64,000 nt of DNA from an uncultured Dehalococcoidales bacterium. Its GTDB lineage: Bacteria > Chloroflexota > Dehalococcoidia > GIF9 > AB-539-J10. The notes below the pieces were generated by a model. The model saw nothing but the letters and a program-made list of their open reading frames with translations, was not told the origin of the DNA and made no database searches. The stretch covers positions 33,301 through 97,300 of the forward strand of contig CAZXAJ010000006.1 in assembly GCA_964638975.1 (NCBI GenBank), written 5' to 3'. Below, piece by piece: positions 39,361 through 48,791 of the stretch (position 1 is the first letter of the stretch; each line of letters begins with the position of its first letter). The position numbers were made by a program, and so were the translations under genes.

Positions 39361-40596
39361 ATGAGCGAACTGGCTTGTGGGCAAAAAATTTTGCTTATGG
39401 GAAAGCGCATACTCGTTACCGTATTGTCAGCTGTTTTTGTCTCATTTCTCGGGGTCAGCATTATCGCCCCGATCATACCTATCTACGCAATGGAGCTCGG
39501 TGCTACCGGCATCACCCTTGGGCTTATGATAGGAGCCTTTTCAATCAGTCAAGGAATACTGCAGCCAGTAGTGGGAAACCTGTCTGACCGACGGGGCAGA
39601 AAACGTTTTTTGGTCATAGGGTTATTAGTATATGCTGTGGTAGGGTTCACCTATACACTTGCCGCTTCAGTGGAACATCTGATATTGATTCGCATTCTCC
39701 ATGGCACAGGTTCCGCTATGATCGTGCCAATTGCCATGGCTTACATGGGCGACCTAGCCCCTCAAGGACAAGAGGGTAGATACATGGGCATGCTTAATAT
39801 TGCCATCTTCGCTGGTATTGGTGTAGGGCCTGTGCTTGGTGGGTTTTTTCTGGACACGATGGGCATCAATCCAGCTTTCTATGCGATGAGCGTGTTGACA
39901 GCGGCCTCACTGGGTCTGGTACTGGTCTTACTGCCACCCGAGCGCTCTGACCATGAAGCAGGGCCGACTACCGGACTGCTCACCACATTCCGGAAAATGC
40001 TGCACAACAGCAGGGTCATGGGAATGTTGCTTCCGCGCATTGCCACTATCATTGTCATGGTCCCTACAATGGGATTCTTGCCTATCCTGATGGATCGAAT
40101 CATAGGAGCCACGGGTATCGAGATCGGCGTCGTAATTTCCACACGTACTATAGTGAATGCTGGGTTCCAAACCCCCTTCGGAAGGATGGCTGACCGATAT
40201 AACAAGGTAGCACTGCTCCTGATAGGCTGTTCAGTTGCCGGCGCAGGCGTATTCATAGTGCCTTTTGCAGATAGCTTCTTACAGCTAGTTGGGCTGTTCG
40301 TGCTTATTGGGATAGGTGAGGCCTTGATTTGGCCAACTTTGGGGGCGATAGCAGTACAGGAGGGACACCAATATGGCCAGGGGTCAATGATGGGTATTTT
40401 CAATATGGCTGTGAGCGTTGGAATGTTAATAGGCTCGTTGCTGGGGGGGGCAGTGATGGACATGCTCGGACTGAATTATGTGTTCTATATTATTTCCGTT
40501 ATCCTTATTCTGAGCGCGCTGGTGGGTGGCAAAATGATTGCCCGAGGAGAACAAGCTGAAGGGGAAGATTCCTCAAGCGATTCCGGTGATTATTGA
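39361..40596 (+). CDS. MFS transporter
   Basis: 411 aa, 12-TM pattern, with the loop 2-3 motif GNLSDRRGRKRFL. Confidence 0.9.
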   Translation: MSELACGQKILLMGKRILVTVLSAVFVSFLGVSIIAPIIPIYAMELGATGITLGLMIGAFSISQGILQPVVGNLSDRRGRKRFLVIGLLVYAVVGFTYTLAASVEHLILIRILHGTGSAMIVPIAMAYMGDLAPQGQEGRYMGMLNIAIFAGIGVGPVLGGFFLDTMGINPAFYAMSVLTAASLGLVLVLLPPERSDHEAGPTTGLLTTFRKMLHNSRVMGMLLPRIATIIVMVPTMGFLPILMDRIIGATGIEIGVVISTRTIVNAGFQTPFGRMADRYNKVALLLIGCSVAGAGVFIVPFADSFLQLVGLFVLIGIGEALIWPTLGAIAVQEGHQYGQGSMMGIFNMAVSVGMLIGSLLGGAVMDMLGLNYVFYIISVILILSALVGGKMIARGEQAEGEDSSSDSGDY

Positions 40597-40723
40597 GACT
40601 AGCCGACAGATTAAATCGGATATTCATGATGCCAAACTGTGGAAATACTCAGCGCAGCAAGACACCGAGTCAAGCAAGCTTTTCGCCAGTAGCCGTGAAG
40701 CATAAGCTAGCAGCTAGTTCTCC

Positions 40724-40752
40724 TTGATATAGAAGCACAAAATTGCTATACT
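40724..40752 (+). promoter_or_regulatory. Sigma70-like promoter candidate (TTGATA-N17-TATACT) for the OFOR-3/Hdr operon
   Basis: TTGATA at 40724-40729 and TATACT at 40747-40752 with a 17-nt spacer. It would place the transcription start only a few nt before ATG 40767. Confidence 0.4.
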
Positions 40753-40766
40753 CTCAGGGTTCAGCT

Positions 40767-41039
40767 ATGAAATTATGGAGACAGCCTTTCGATGCTGCCC
40801 AGAAAGCTACAAAGCTAGGGCAAATACACATAGATAAAGAAAGGTGCAAAGGCTGTGGCTTTTGCGCCGAATTTTGCCCCAGGGAAGTCCTTCGGATGAG
40901 TTCGGAACTAAGTCCTAAAGGGTACAACTTTGCTGTGGTGGATGACGAGAGCAAGTGCCTTGCTTGCGGTTTTTGTGAATTAATTTGCCCCGAGTTTGCC
41001 ATAAAAGTGTCGACACCGCTGGATAATAACGGCTCCTAG
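40767..41039 (+). CDS. 2-oxoacid:ferredoxin oxidoreductase delta (2x[4Fe-4S]) subunit (set 3)
   Basis: CKGCGFCAEFCP and CLACGFCELICP motifs. ATG 40767 is preferred because TTG 40743 lies inside the promoter-like element. Confidence 0.85.
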   Translation: MKLWRQPFDAAQKATKLGQIHIDKERCKGCGFCAEFCPREVLRMSSELSPKGYNFAVVDDESKCLACGFCELICPEFAIKVSTPLDNNGS

Positions 41040-41052
41040 CACTCTGACCATT

Positions 41053-42201
41053 ATGGAAAATCAAGCACTGGTGGGAGAGTTCTTCATGAACGGAGATGAG
41101 GCCTGTGCCGAAGGAGCCATTAGTGCAGGCTGCCGCTTCTTTGCTGGTTATCCCATCACACCGACCAGTGAGACAGCCGAGAGAATGAGCATGCGGCTCC
41201 CCCAAGTAGGAGGCGTGTACATTCAGATGGAGGATGAGCTCGCATCTATGAACGCTGTACTTGGCGCATCCTGGGCAGGCATGAAAGCTATGACCGCCAC
41301 CTCAGGGCCTGGATTTAGCTTAATGATGGAGAATATCGGGTTAGGGGTGATGTTGGAAACCCCCTGCGTAGTAGTCAACATCCAGCGGGCGGCTCCATCT
41401 ACTGGGTTGCCCACTATGGTAGGACAAGGGGATATGATGCAGGCTCGGTGGGGCTCACACGGTAGTTACGAGATAATCGCTTTGGCTCCAATCTCTCCAC
41501 AGGACATTTTCGACCTTACTATCTTAGCTTTTAACCTCTCCGAGAAATACCGTGTTCCCGTCCTGGTCATGTCTGACGAGGTTGTAGGTCATATGAGTGA
41601 GAAGGTGACTATGCCACGTGTAGCACCGGAAGACCTTATAGACCGGCCACGGCCTGAGCTGGGTTCAGATGAATATCTGCCTTATAAGCCTAATGCGGAT
41701 CTTGTTCCACCTATGGCTGCAGCTGGAGAAGGATATCATTTCCACGTAACCGGTCTCACGCATGACGAAAGGGGTTATCCAGTGATGACCGCTGAGGCCC
41801 AAGACCGGCTGGTACGTCGTTTGGTAGACAAGATACGATTCAACAGACGCGACATAATAAAATACAAGGAATTTCAAATTGAGGATGCTGATATTGTAGT
41901 CTGTGCCTATGGGATTTCCGTCCGCATCGCACAATTGGCAGTAAGAATGGCGCGAAACGCGGGAATTCGGGCAGGGCTCCTGCAATTGATAACAGTATGG
42001 CCATTTGCCGAAGAACGTATCAGGGAGCTCTCATCACAAGCTAAGGCATTCATAGTCCCTGAAATAAATTATGGGCAGATGGTGCTAGAAGTGGAAAGGT
42101 GTGCTGGGTCCAGAGCTAAAACTATACTTGTGCCTCACATGGGAGGGAGCGTACACTCACCCCAGACTATTCTAGAAGCGATACGGGAGGCAGCACAGTG
42201 A
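41053..42201 (+). CDS. 2-oxoacid:ferredoxin oxidoreductase alpha subunit (set 3)
   Basis: 382 aa, GDEACAEGAISAGCRFFAGYPITPTSE motif. Confidence 0.92.
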   Translation: MENQALVGEFFMNGDEACAEGAISAGCRFFAGYPITPTSETAERMSMRLPQVGGVYIQMEDELASMNAVLGASWAGMKAMTATSGPGFSLMMENIGLGVMLETPCVVVNIQRAAPSTGLPTMVGQGDMMQARWGSHGSYEIIALAPISPQDIFDLTILAFNLSEKYRVPVLVMSDEVVGHMSEKVTMPRVAPEDLIDRPRPELGSDEYLPYKPNADLVPPMAAAGEGYHFHVTGLTHDERGYPVMTAEAQDRLVRRLVDKIRFNRRDIIKYKEFQIEDADIVVCAYGISVRIAQLAVRMARNAGIRAGLLQLITVWPFAEERIRELSSQAKAFIVPEINYGQMVLEVERCAGSRAKTILVPHMGGSVHSPQTILEAIREAAQ

Positions 42202-43058
42202 CTGCTAACTTGAATGTGGAAAGTCAGTCAATCGAAAGATACTTAAGGCAAGACAGACTGCCCCATATATGGTGCTCTGGCTGTGGTATCGGAATAGCTT
42301 TGGACGCTTTTCTCAGATCTATTGACCGTGCCAACATAGACCCAGACAAATTAGCCGTGGTTTCAGGAATAGGTTGCGCCGGCAGGGCGGCAGGTTATGT
42401 CAATCTCGATTCCTTTCATACTACTCACGGCCGTGCCATCCCATTCGCCACTGGCTTAGTACTGGGAAACCCAGAGCTAAATGTGGTGGTATTTTCCGGG
42501 GATGGGGATCTGATAGCTATAGGCGGCAATCACTTGATACACGCAGCGCGCCGTAATATAGATATGACTGTAATTTGTGTAAATAACTTTAACTATGGTA
42601 TGACTGGCGGACAGGTAGGCCCTACTACCCCTCTTGACGCTCGGACTACTACCACTCCTTACGGTAATTTCGAACCTCCCTTCAACCTACCATACTTGGC
42701 ATCTGCCAGTGGCGCATCTTACGTAGCTCGATGGACGGTATTACATGCGCGTGAATTGGAAAGAGCTATTGCTGAAGCTATGACTAAACCCGGTTTCAGC
42801 TTTATAGAGGTCATCAGTCCTTGTCCCGTGGTCTATGGCCGTATGAATAAAGAGCCGAAGGGACTGGATTCCATGCACTATTACCAACAAAGAAGCATCA
42901 TACGAGATGGTGTAGACCCTAAAGAAGCAAACATCGAGTTGAACGGCCCCATTATGGTAGGTAAGTTTGTGGATATCGAACGTCCCACACTTTGGGACAA
43001 CCTGCGCCAGGTATCCAGCAAGGCACGAGAAAAGGTTAGGACACAGGCGAAAGTGTAG
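42198..43058 (+). CDS. 2-oxoacid:ferredoxin oxidoreductase beta (TPP) subunit (set 3)
   Basis: 286 aa with WCSGCGIG and GDGDLIAIGGNH motifs. 4-nt overlap with the alpha subunit. Confidence 0.92.
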   Translation: MTANLNVESQSIERYLRQDRLPHIWCSGCGIGIALDAFLRSIDRANIDPDKLAVVSGIGCAGRAAGYVNLDSFHTTHGRAIPFATGLVLGNPELNVVVFSGDGDLIAIGGNHLIHAARRNIDMTVICVNNFNYGMTGGQVGPTTPLDARTTTTPYGNFEPPFNLPYLASASGASYVARWTVLHARELERAIAEAMTKPGFSFIEVISPCPVVYGRMNKEPKGLDSMHYYQQRSIIRDGVDPKEANIELNGPIMVGKFVDIERPTLWDNLRQVSSKAREKVRTQAKV

Positions 43059-43108
43059 TTAAACATGGGATAGAGTATTATCCCTCGAGTCAGCTAGTTT
43101 AAAGATAC

Positions 43109-43660
43109 ATGGATAGAAAGGAGATCAGAATAGCTGGGTTCGGTGGTCAGGGCATTGTGCTTTCAGGCTCCATCCTAGGCAAAGCTGCCTCAATATATGA
43201 TAGAGGCTTCGCCTCGCTTACGCAAAGTTATGGGCCTGAGTCTCGTGGCGGCTCTTGCCGTGCTGAGATAGTAATTGACGATGCCCCCATAGAGTACCCC
43301 TACGTGGGCAACCCTCAGGTGCAAATCATCCTGTCACAAGATGCCTACAACCAGTACGGAAAAGATGCAGCGCCAAACACCTTAGTAATCGTCGATTCGG
43401 ACCTAGTGGAAGTCGATACACATCAGAACCCCAAGCCCCTTTCCATTCCCGCTAGTCATATGGCTCAGGACTTAGGACGTGTGGTAGTGGCCAATATTAT
43501 CATGCTGGGATTCCTAGCGGCGAAAAGCGATATAGTATCTTATGAAGCCCTCAAGGATTCCATTTTGGACTCTATCCCTCAAGGCTCTGAAGATTTCAAT
43601 ATGAAGGCTTTTGAATTAGGCTATAACTATGGTGTTGAGCATGACAGTAAAGTCCGATAG
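43109..43660 (+). CDS. 2-oxoacid:ferredoxin oxidoreductase gamma subunit (set 3)
   Basis: 183 aa, IRIAGFGGQGIVLSG motif. Confidence 0.9.
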   Translation: MDRKEIRIAGFGGQGIVLSGSILGKAASIYDRGFASLTQSYGPESRGGSCRAEIVIDDAPIEYPYVGNPQVQIILSQDAYNQYGKDAAPNTLVIVDSDLVEVDTHQNPKPLSIPASHMAQDLGRVVVANIIMLGFLAAKSDIVSYEALKDSILDSIPQGSEDFNMKAFELGYNYGVEHDSKVR

Positions 43661-46600
43661 TAGTGTTTCTAAAAGCGTTGGCATCATTGGCAGCAACATC
43701 CCTGCGATACAAGCAGCACTTACCCTGGCCCAGATGAGAGTTAAGGTTAAACTGATTACAAACTTAACCGCATTTGGCTGTGATGATGCTATTAGCAATA
43801 TACTGGGCAATTCCTCTCTGGATAAACGTTTCCTTTGGCCTTTGTGGTTACGGACAGCGAACCATCCTTTGATAACGCTGTACACTGGCGCTGAAGTGGA
43901 GTCCATAGAAGGGAGGAAGGGTGATTTCAAGATACAAGTAGTGCAGCATCCACGCTATGTACATGAGGACCTCTGCACCGGTTGTGGGCGTTGCCAAGCC
44001 GAATGTTCCGCGAGTGTAACCTCACTGTTAAGAGGTCAAAGGATGACGCATAGCGCTATCCACATGCCGATTCTGGGAGCAAAGGCAGTGCCATCAGCAT
44101 ACGTGATAGATAAGAATGGGTTTTCTCCATGCCAGGTAGCATGTCCCCTGGGCATCAACGTTCAGGGATTTGTTTCACTGCTGGCGAAAGGCAAAACTGA
44201 CAAGGCTCTGGCATTGATAAATGAAGCGGCGCCACTTGCTGGGGTACTAGGTCGGGTTTGCACACACCCATGTGAAGATAACTGTAATCGGGGCCAAGTT
44301 GACAGCCCGGTATACATACAAGCACTTCATCGCTATGCTGCGGACAATGCCACCGGGGCTATTGAATACAACCGTAAGTTTCCCGCCAAGTCCCGAGAAG
44401 GAAAGATAGCCATAGTTGGTAGTGGCCCCGCGGGGCTAACTGCTGCCTGGGAACTTACACGTCGGGGATATTCCCCTGCGGTGTTTGAATCTCACGGAGT
44501 CATCGGAGGTATGTTAGCCACAGGTATTCCTCGATTTCGACTTCCCCGAGAAGTACGAGAGCGGGAAATCGAAGCCATTAGAAAACTGGGAATAGATATA
44601 AGAACAGGAATAACCGTGGGACGAGATGTGACCTTCGCTTACCTTAAAGAACGAGGCTATCGAGCCTTCTTCTTAGCTATAGGTGCTCAGCAGAATAGCA
44701 AGCTTAACATAGCAGGTGAAGAACTTGAGGGAGTGGTGGATTGCATGCCATTATTGCTCGCTTTGAACTTGAAGGTAGATACTTTCGTGGGTCAGAATGT
44801 AGTGGTCATCGGTGGCGGCAATGCTGCTATCGATGCTGCTCGCGCTGCTTACCGCTCAGGGGCCAGAGAAGTTACCATATTCTATCGTCGTACTAGAGAT
44901 GAGATGCCAGCTATCCCCGAGGAAGTGAAGCAAGCGTTAAATGAAGGGGTGAAGATAGAATACTGCACCGTGCCAGTAGAAATTTTGGGAGATGGAGGTA
45001 AGGTCACTGGAGTACGCTTTCAGCGAACAAATTTGAGCGATGAGATTAGGGCAAACAGCGGACATCGCCCAGACCTGATACCAAACTCAGACTTTGTGAT
45101 TGATGCTGACCATGTGGTAGTGGCTATAGGTCAGTCACCCAACGCCCCACAGTTGAACATGGAATCCCTGAAAATCGGTCGCAATACCGATGTCATTCAG
45201 GTGAATCCTGTAACACTCGAAACCAGTATTCCCGGGGTCTTTTCCGGCGGTGACTGCGTCACTGGGCCCAACAATGTCGTGGAGGCTATGGCTGCTGGGC
45301 TCAGGGCAGCGGAATCCATAGATAGATACATGCAAGGCTGTGACCTCGAGGCAGGCCGTAGCCTCGAACCTCCGCAGACAGCCGCGATTGACACTGGGAC
45401 AATTGAAGTATCACCTCATGAAAGAGCACACATGCCTACTATTCGGCTCCAAAAGAGGCTCAACAGCTTCGAAGAAACGACCACTGGGCTATCAGCAGAA
45501 ACAGCCCAAAAAGAAACCCAACGTTGTCTCAACTGTGCCCTATGCAGTGAATGCATGGAATGCACCGAAGTATGCGAGCTGGGGGCAGTTTTCCATGACG
45601 ATGGCATAAGGCATTTCGAGGTAGAAGCCCAAGCCTTGCTCGAATTCCGTTCCAGTGTTTCGGACGAAAAAGACCCTATCGGCAAAGTTGATCAGGAGGC
45701 CGTTATAGAAGGTGTTCACATAGTCCCTCCTGGCAGCAGTGTTGGACTGACTAACCAAGTTATCAAGGCCATGGCGATAGCGATGGAGACCGCTATTGAG
45801 CTCAAAGCAAAGGAAGTAGAGGAAATCCAGGGGCAGAATTTTACAGGACTGGGCACAAATCCAAGTGACCTTAATTGGGCTTCAGAGCAAACTGCAGGCA
45901 GAACGAAGCCTGTAGGCGTGTTCTTATGTCGTTGTGGCGGTAGTATAAACTCAATCATAGATTTTAGAACACTGGGCAGGAAATTATCACGGCTTCCAGA
46001 AATAGCTTGCATTCGGGAGGTAGCCCAAGCTTGTACCGAAGCAGGCGCTAAGGAGATAGCAAGCCAGGTGACTGAATTGCGGTTGGATCGGGTAGTGCTT
46101 GCAGCCTGCCGATGCTGCAATTCAGAGCAGGTATGCTACAGCTGCACTGACAGACGAGTGATGTGCCAACAATATTTAAATGAGCACCTCATTTTGCCTC
46201 ACAAGACGATTGTTGAGTTTGTTAACATTCGAGAACAGTGTGCCTGGGCACATAAAGATACTCCTAAGAGTGCTACGCGCAAGGCATTGCAGATGATCCT
46301 GGCAGGCATTGTGAGCGCTAGAATGGCCACATCCATGCCTTCTGAAGAAAACTCTGTTTTACCCAGTGCCCTAATCATTGGAGGGGGGGTTGTCGACATC
46401 ACCGCTGCAAGAGCTTTAACGTCTCATGGCTACCAAGTCGACCTTGTTGCCAGACAGCGTCCAGAACAAAATGAACTACTAGAGCAACTCCAGGGGAGCG
46501 ATGTAATGGTTAAGACTTGGCCCAATGCTTTGAAACTCAAAGGCTCTCCAGGGAACTATGAAGCTGTGCTGGAATATGATTCTCAAGTTGACCGTGTAGC

Positions 46601-47150
46601 TGCTGGTGCAGTACTGGTGAATATGGAGGAGTTAAATGAAGGTACGACTTCTCTATCCAACACCACATTCAATAGCGGGCTTCTAGGCTGCATTATGGCT
46701 CGAACAGGCGGTTCAGGTTATCTCGCTGGTGGAGTCAATGACCCTATTCGGGAGATCACCATTGGGGAGAGAGGTGGTATATTTCTGATACCGCCTGAAG
46801 CCACTAAATTGCCGGAGGAGCAGATGCCACATGGATTAGCTGTTGCAGCTCAGGTTTCGACATACCTGGAACAGGCAAGCATAAGACCTCGAGCCATGGC
46901 GGTAGATATAGACAGCAAACTATGCCGTGGCTGCGGTGATTGTGCTGAGATATGTCCCTATATAGAAATGAGAGGGAATGCAAATGGGACAATATCTGCT
47001 TATATCGATAAGATCCTGTGCCTTGGTTGTGGTGCATGCATCGCTACTTGCCCTGCAGGTGCTATAACCCAGTCGCTCCAAAGTGATAAACAGATAGTTC
47101 ATACGTTGCAATCTATGCTCCGTCGAGGCCAAGTGTTAAGTGAAGCCTAA
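43629..47150 (+). CDS. Large HdrA-like / GltD(NfnB)-like fusion flavo-iron-sulfur protein (HdrL-type)
   Basis: 1173 aa. It contains a GltD-type N-terminal FeS region (CPLGINVQGF...RVCTHPCEDNCNRG), FAD and NAD(P)H folds (KIAIVGSGPAGLTAAWEL; VVVIGGGNAAIDAARAA), an HdrA-type domain (VGVFLCRCGGSINSIIDF...NIREQCAWAH) and C-terminal 2x[4Fe-4S] (CRGCGDCAEICP, CLGCGACIATCP). The start is 43629 or 43641, and either overlaps the upstream gene. Confidence 0.85.
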   Translation: MVLSMTVKSDSSVSKSVGIIGSNIPAIQAALTLAQMRVKVKLITNLTAFGCDDAISNILGNSSLDKRFLWPLWLRTANHPLITLYTGAEVESIEGRKGDFKIQVVQHPRYVHEDLCTGCGRCQAECSASVTSLLRGQRMTHSAIHMPILGAKAVPSAYVIDKNGFSPCQVACPLGINVQGFVSLLAKGKTDKALALINEAAPLAGVLGRVCTHPCEDNCNRGQVDSPVYIQALHRYAADNATGAIEYNRKFPAKSREGKIAIVGSGPAGLTAAWELTRRGYSPAVFESHGVIGGMLATGIPRFRLPREVREREIEAIRKLGIDIRTGITVGRDVTFAYLKERGYRAFFLAIGAQQNSKLNIAGEELEGVVDCMPLLLALNLKVDTFVGQNVVVIGGGNAAIDAARAAYRSGAREVTIFYRRTRDEMPAIPEEVKQALNEGVKIEYCTVPVEILGDGGKVTGVRFQRTNLSDEIRANSGHRPDLIPNSDFVIDADHVVVAIGQSPNAPQLNMESLKIGRNTDVIQVNPVTLETSIPGVFSGGDCVTGPNNVVEAMAAGLRAAESIDRYMQGCDLEAGRSLEPPQTAAIDTGTIEVSPHERAHMPTIRLQKRLNSFEETTTGLSAETAQKETQRCLNCALCSECMECTEVCELGAVFHDDGIRHFEVEAQALLEFRSSVSDEKDPIGKVDQEAVIEGVHIVPPGSSVGLTNQVIKAMAIAMETAIELKAKEVEEIQGQNFTGLGTNPSDLNWASEQTAGRTKPVGVFLCRCGGSINSIIDFRTLGRKLSRLPEIACIREVAQACTEAGAKEIASQVTELRLDRVVLAACRCCNSEQVCYSCTDRRVMCQQYLNEHLILPHKTIVEFVNIREQCAWAHKDTPKSATRKALQMILAGIVSARMATSMPSEENSVLPSALIIGGGVVDITAARALTSHGYQVDLVARQRPEQNELLEQLQGSDVMVKTWPNALKLKGSPGNYEAVLEYDSQVDRVAAGAVLVNMEELNEGTTSLSNTTFNSGLLGCIMARTGGSGYLAGGVNDPIREITIGERGGIFLIPPEATKLPEEQMPHGLAVAAQVSTYLEQASIRPRAMAVDIDSKLCRGCGDCAEICPYIEMRGNANGTISAYIDKILCLGCGACIATCPAGAITQSLQSDKQIVHTLQSMLRRGQVLSEA

Positions 47151-47608
47151 TGTCTAAGCCGTATACTGAAGTATTGGTTTTTGCCTGCAACTGGGATGGC
47201 TGGAGTTGTATTGAGACAGCAGCTAACTTAGGACTTTGCTACCCTGCATCAGTAAAGGTGGTCAGGGTAAGCTGCCTCTCGAGGATACACGCAGGCCTAA
47301 TACTCAGGGCCTTCGAATTGGGAGCAGATGGAGTGATGCTGCTTGGCTGTGAGCCAGGTAAATGTCGCTTTGGTATTGATAGTGAATGTATTATCAAAGA
47401 ATATGAAAAGGCTCGGAGCATCTTAGAGATGTTAGGAATGCGGAAAGATAGGCTGCCTTTAGTTCAGCTTCCTGCGTTTAGTGGCCGTGAATTTGTCATG
47501 CAAGTAACGAGCTTCGTTGCAGAAGTTGAGCGATTATCAGCTTCCAAGCGTGCTAGAATTATAGGCCATAGGCCAGCTCAAGATATTACCGTCCCATCAC
47601 ATTCCTAA
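47150..47608 (+). CDS. mvhD: MvhD/FlpD-family [2Fe-2S] protein (free-standing)
   Basis: 152 aa, VLVFACNWDGWSC...VKVVRVSCLSRIHAGLILRAFELGADGVMLLGCEPGKCRF. Start overlaps the upstream stop (TAATG). Confidence 0.85.
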   Translation: MSKPYTEVLVFACNWDGWSCIETAANLGLCYPASVKVVRVSCLSRIHAGLILRAFELGADGVMLLGCEPGKCRFGIDSECIIKEYEKARSILEMLGMRKDRLPLVQLPAFSGREFVMQVTSFVAEVERLSASKRARIIGHRPAQDITVPSHS

Positions 47609-47609
47609 C

Positions 47610-48791
47610 TTGCTATTGAGAAAGGCAGATAGTGAAGTGTTCGATTTGCAAAGCGTTATAGGCGATACCAGGGTACGCCTCTGCTTAGATTGTGGTAAAT
47701 GCACCGTGGTTTGTCCTGTGGCTCGTTACGATGTGGAGTTCAATCCCCGCCGCATAGTACAGGAAGCGCTGAAACAGAATGGCCGGGGCCCCATTGATGA
47801 GACCATATGGGCTTGTCTCAGTTGCAATATGTGTATGGAGCGATGCAACTATAATGTAAAATTCACCGATTTTATTAGGTCTTTGAGATACAAGGCATTA
47901 GAAGAGGGAGCCGAAATACAATACAGTCACGGTGGAGCACCTCAGACAATCATGCACATAATGGCTCATGGAGACATCAGGCAGAGTCGACTGGACTGGC
48001 TTCCTGAGGATATCGAGATAGCTAAGCAGTGTGATACGGCCTTCTTTGTAGGTTGTGCCCCTTATTTCGACGTCCTCTTCAGCGATTTGGGTGTTAAAAC
48101 AGTTGAAGGTACAAAGGGAGCACTCAGATTGTTGAACCACGCTCAGATACCCTTTACACTTGTCCCTAATGAACGTTGTTGTGGGCGGGATTTGCTCTTG
48201 TTGGGAGACATAGAGGGATTCCTGGCCCTAGCTCAAGCCAATATGCATGAGTTCAGCAGACGAGGTATAAAGAACATTATCACTAGCTGCCCCGAAGGTT
48301 ACTACACTCTCAAGATAGACTACCCAAAATTTTTGAAGGACTGGGAGATTAATGTTATGCATATAACTGAGGTGATAGCTCCGCTTATCGAGAATGGTCA
48401 ATTGGCTTTGGGTAGGCTTGAGCAAAAGGTAACCTATCAAGACCCGTGCACACTGGGAAGATATTCCAGAATATTCGACCAGCCTCGCTCTATCTTGGCC
48501 TCAGTGGATGGTCTAGAGGTTGTGGAAATGGCTGATAACCGGGAGAAGGCACTGTGTTGCGGCGCAAGTCCCTGGGCATACTGTGGCGCAGTAAATAAGC
48601 AGATACAAAAAGATCGCCTAGAACAAGCAGGAGCTACCGGAACTGATATATTGATTACCGCCTGCCCCAAATGCCAGATACATCTCAAATGTGCCCAGAA
48701 GAATGCAGAGAACAATGATGTATGCCGGATTGAGATTCAGGATATATGTGATCTCGTAGCACAGTCGCTGTTGCCACAGGAGGTAAGCTAG
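47610..48791 (+). CDS. HdrC/HdrB-fusion (HdrD-like) protein: 2x[4Fe-4S] plus two CCG domains
   Basis: CLDCGKCTVVCP and CLSCNMCMERC, then CCG motifs (NERCCGRD, ALCCGASP). TTG start 1 nt after the mvhD stop. Confidence 0.85.
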   Translation: MLLRKADSEVFDLQSVIGDTRVRLCLDCGKCTVVCPVARYDVEFNPRRIVQEALKQNGRGPIDETIWACLSCNMCMERCNYNVKFTDFIRSLRYKALEEGAEIQYSHGGAPQTIMHIMAHGDIRQSRLDWLPEDIEIAKQCDTAFFVGCAPYFDVLFSDLGVKTVEGTKGALRLLNHAQIPFTLVPNERCCGRDLLLLGDIEGFLALAQANMHEFSRRGIKNIITSCPEGYYTLKIDYPKFLKDWEINVMHITEVIAPLIENGQLALGRLEQKVTYQDPCTLGRYSRIFDQPRSILASVDGLEVVEMADNREKALCCGASPWAYCGAVNKQIQKDRLEQAGATGTDILITACPKCQIHLKCAQKNAENNDVCRIEIQDICDLVAQSLLPQEVS

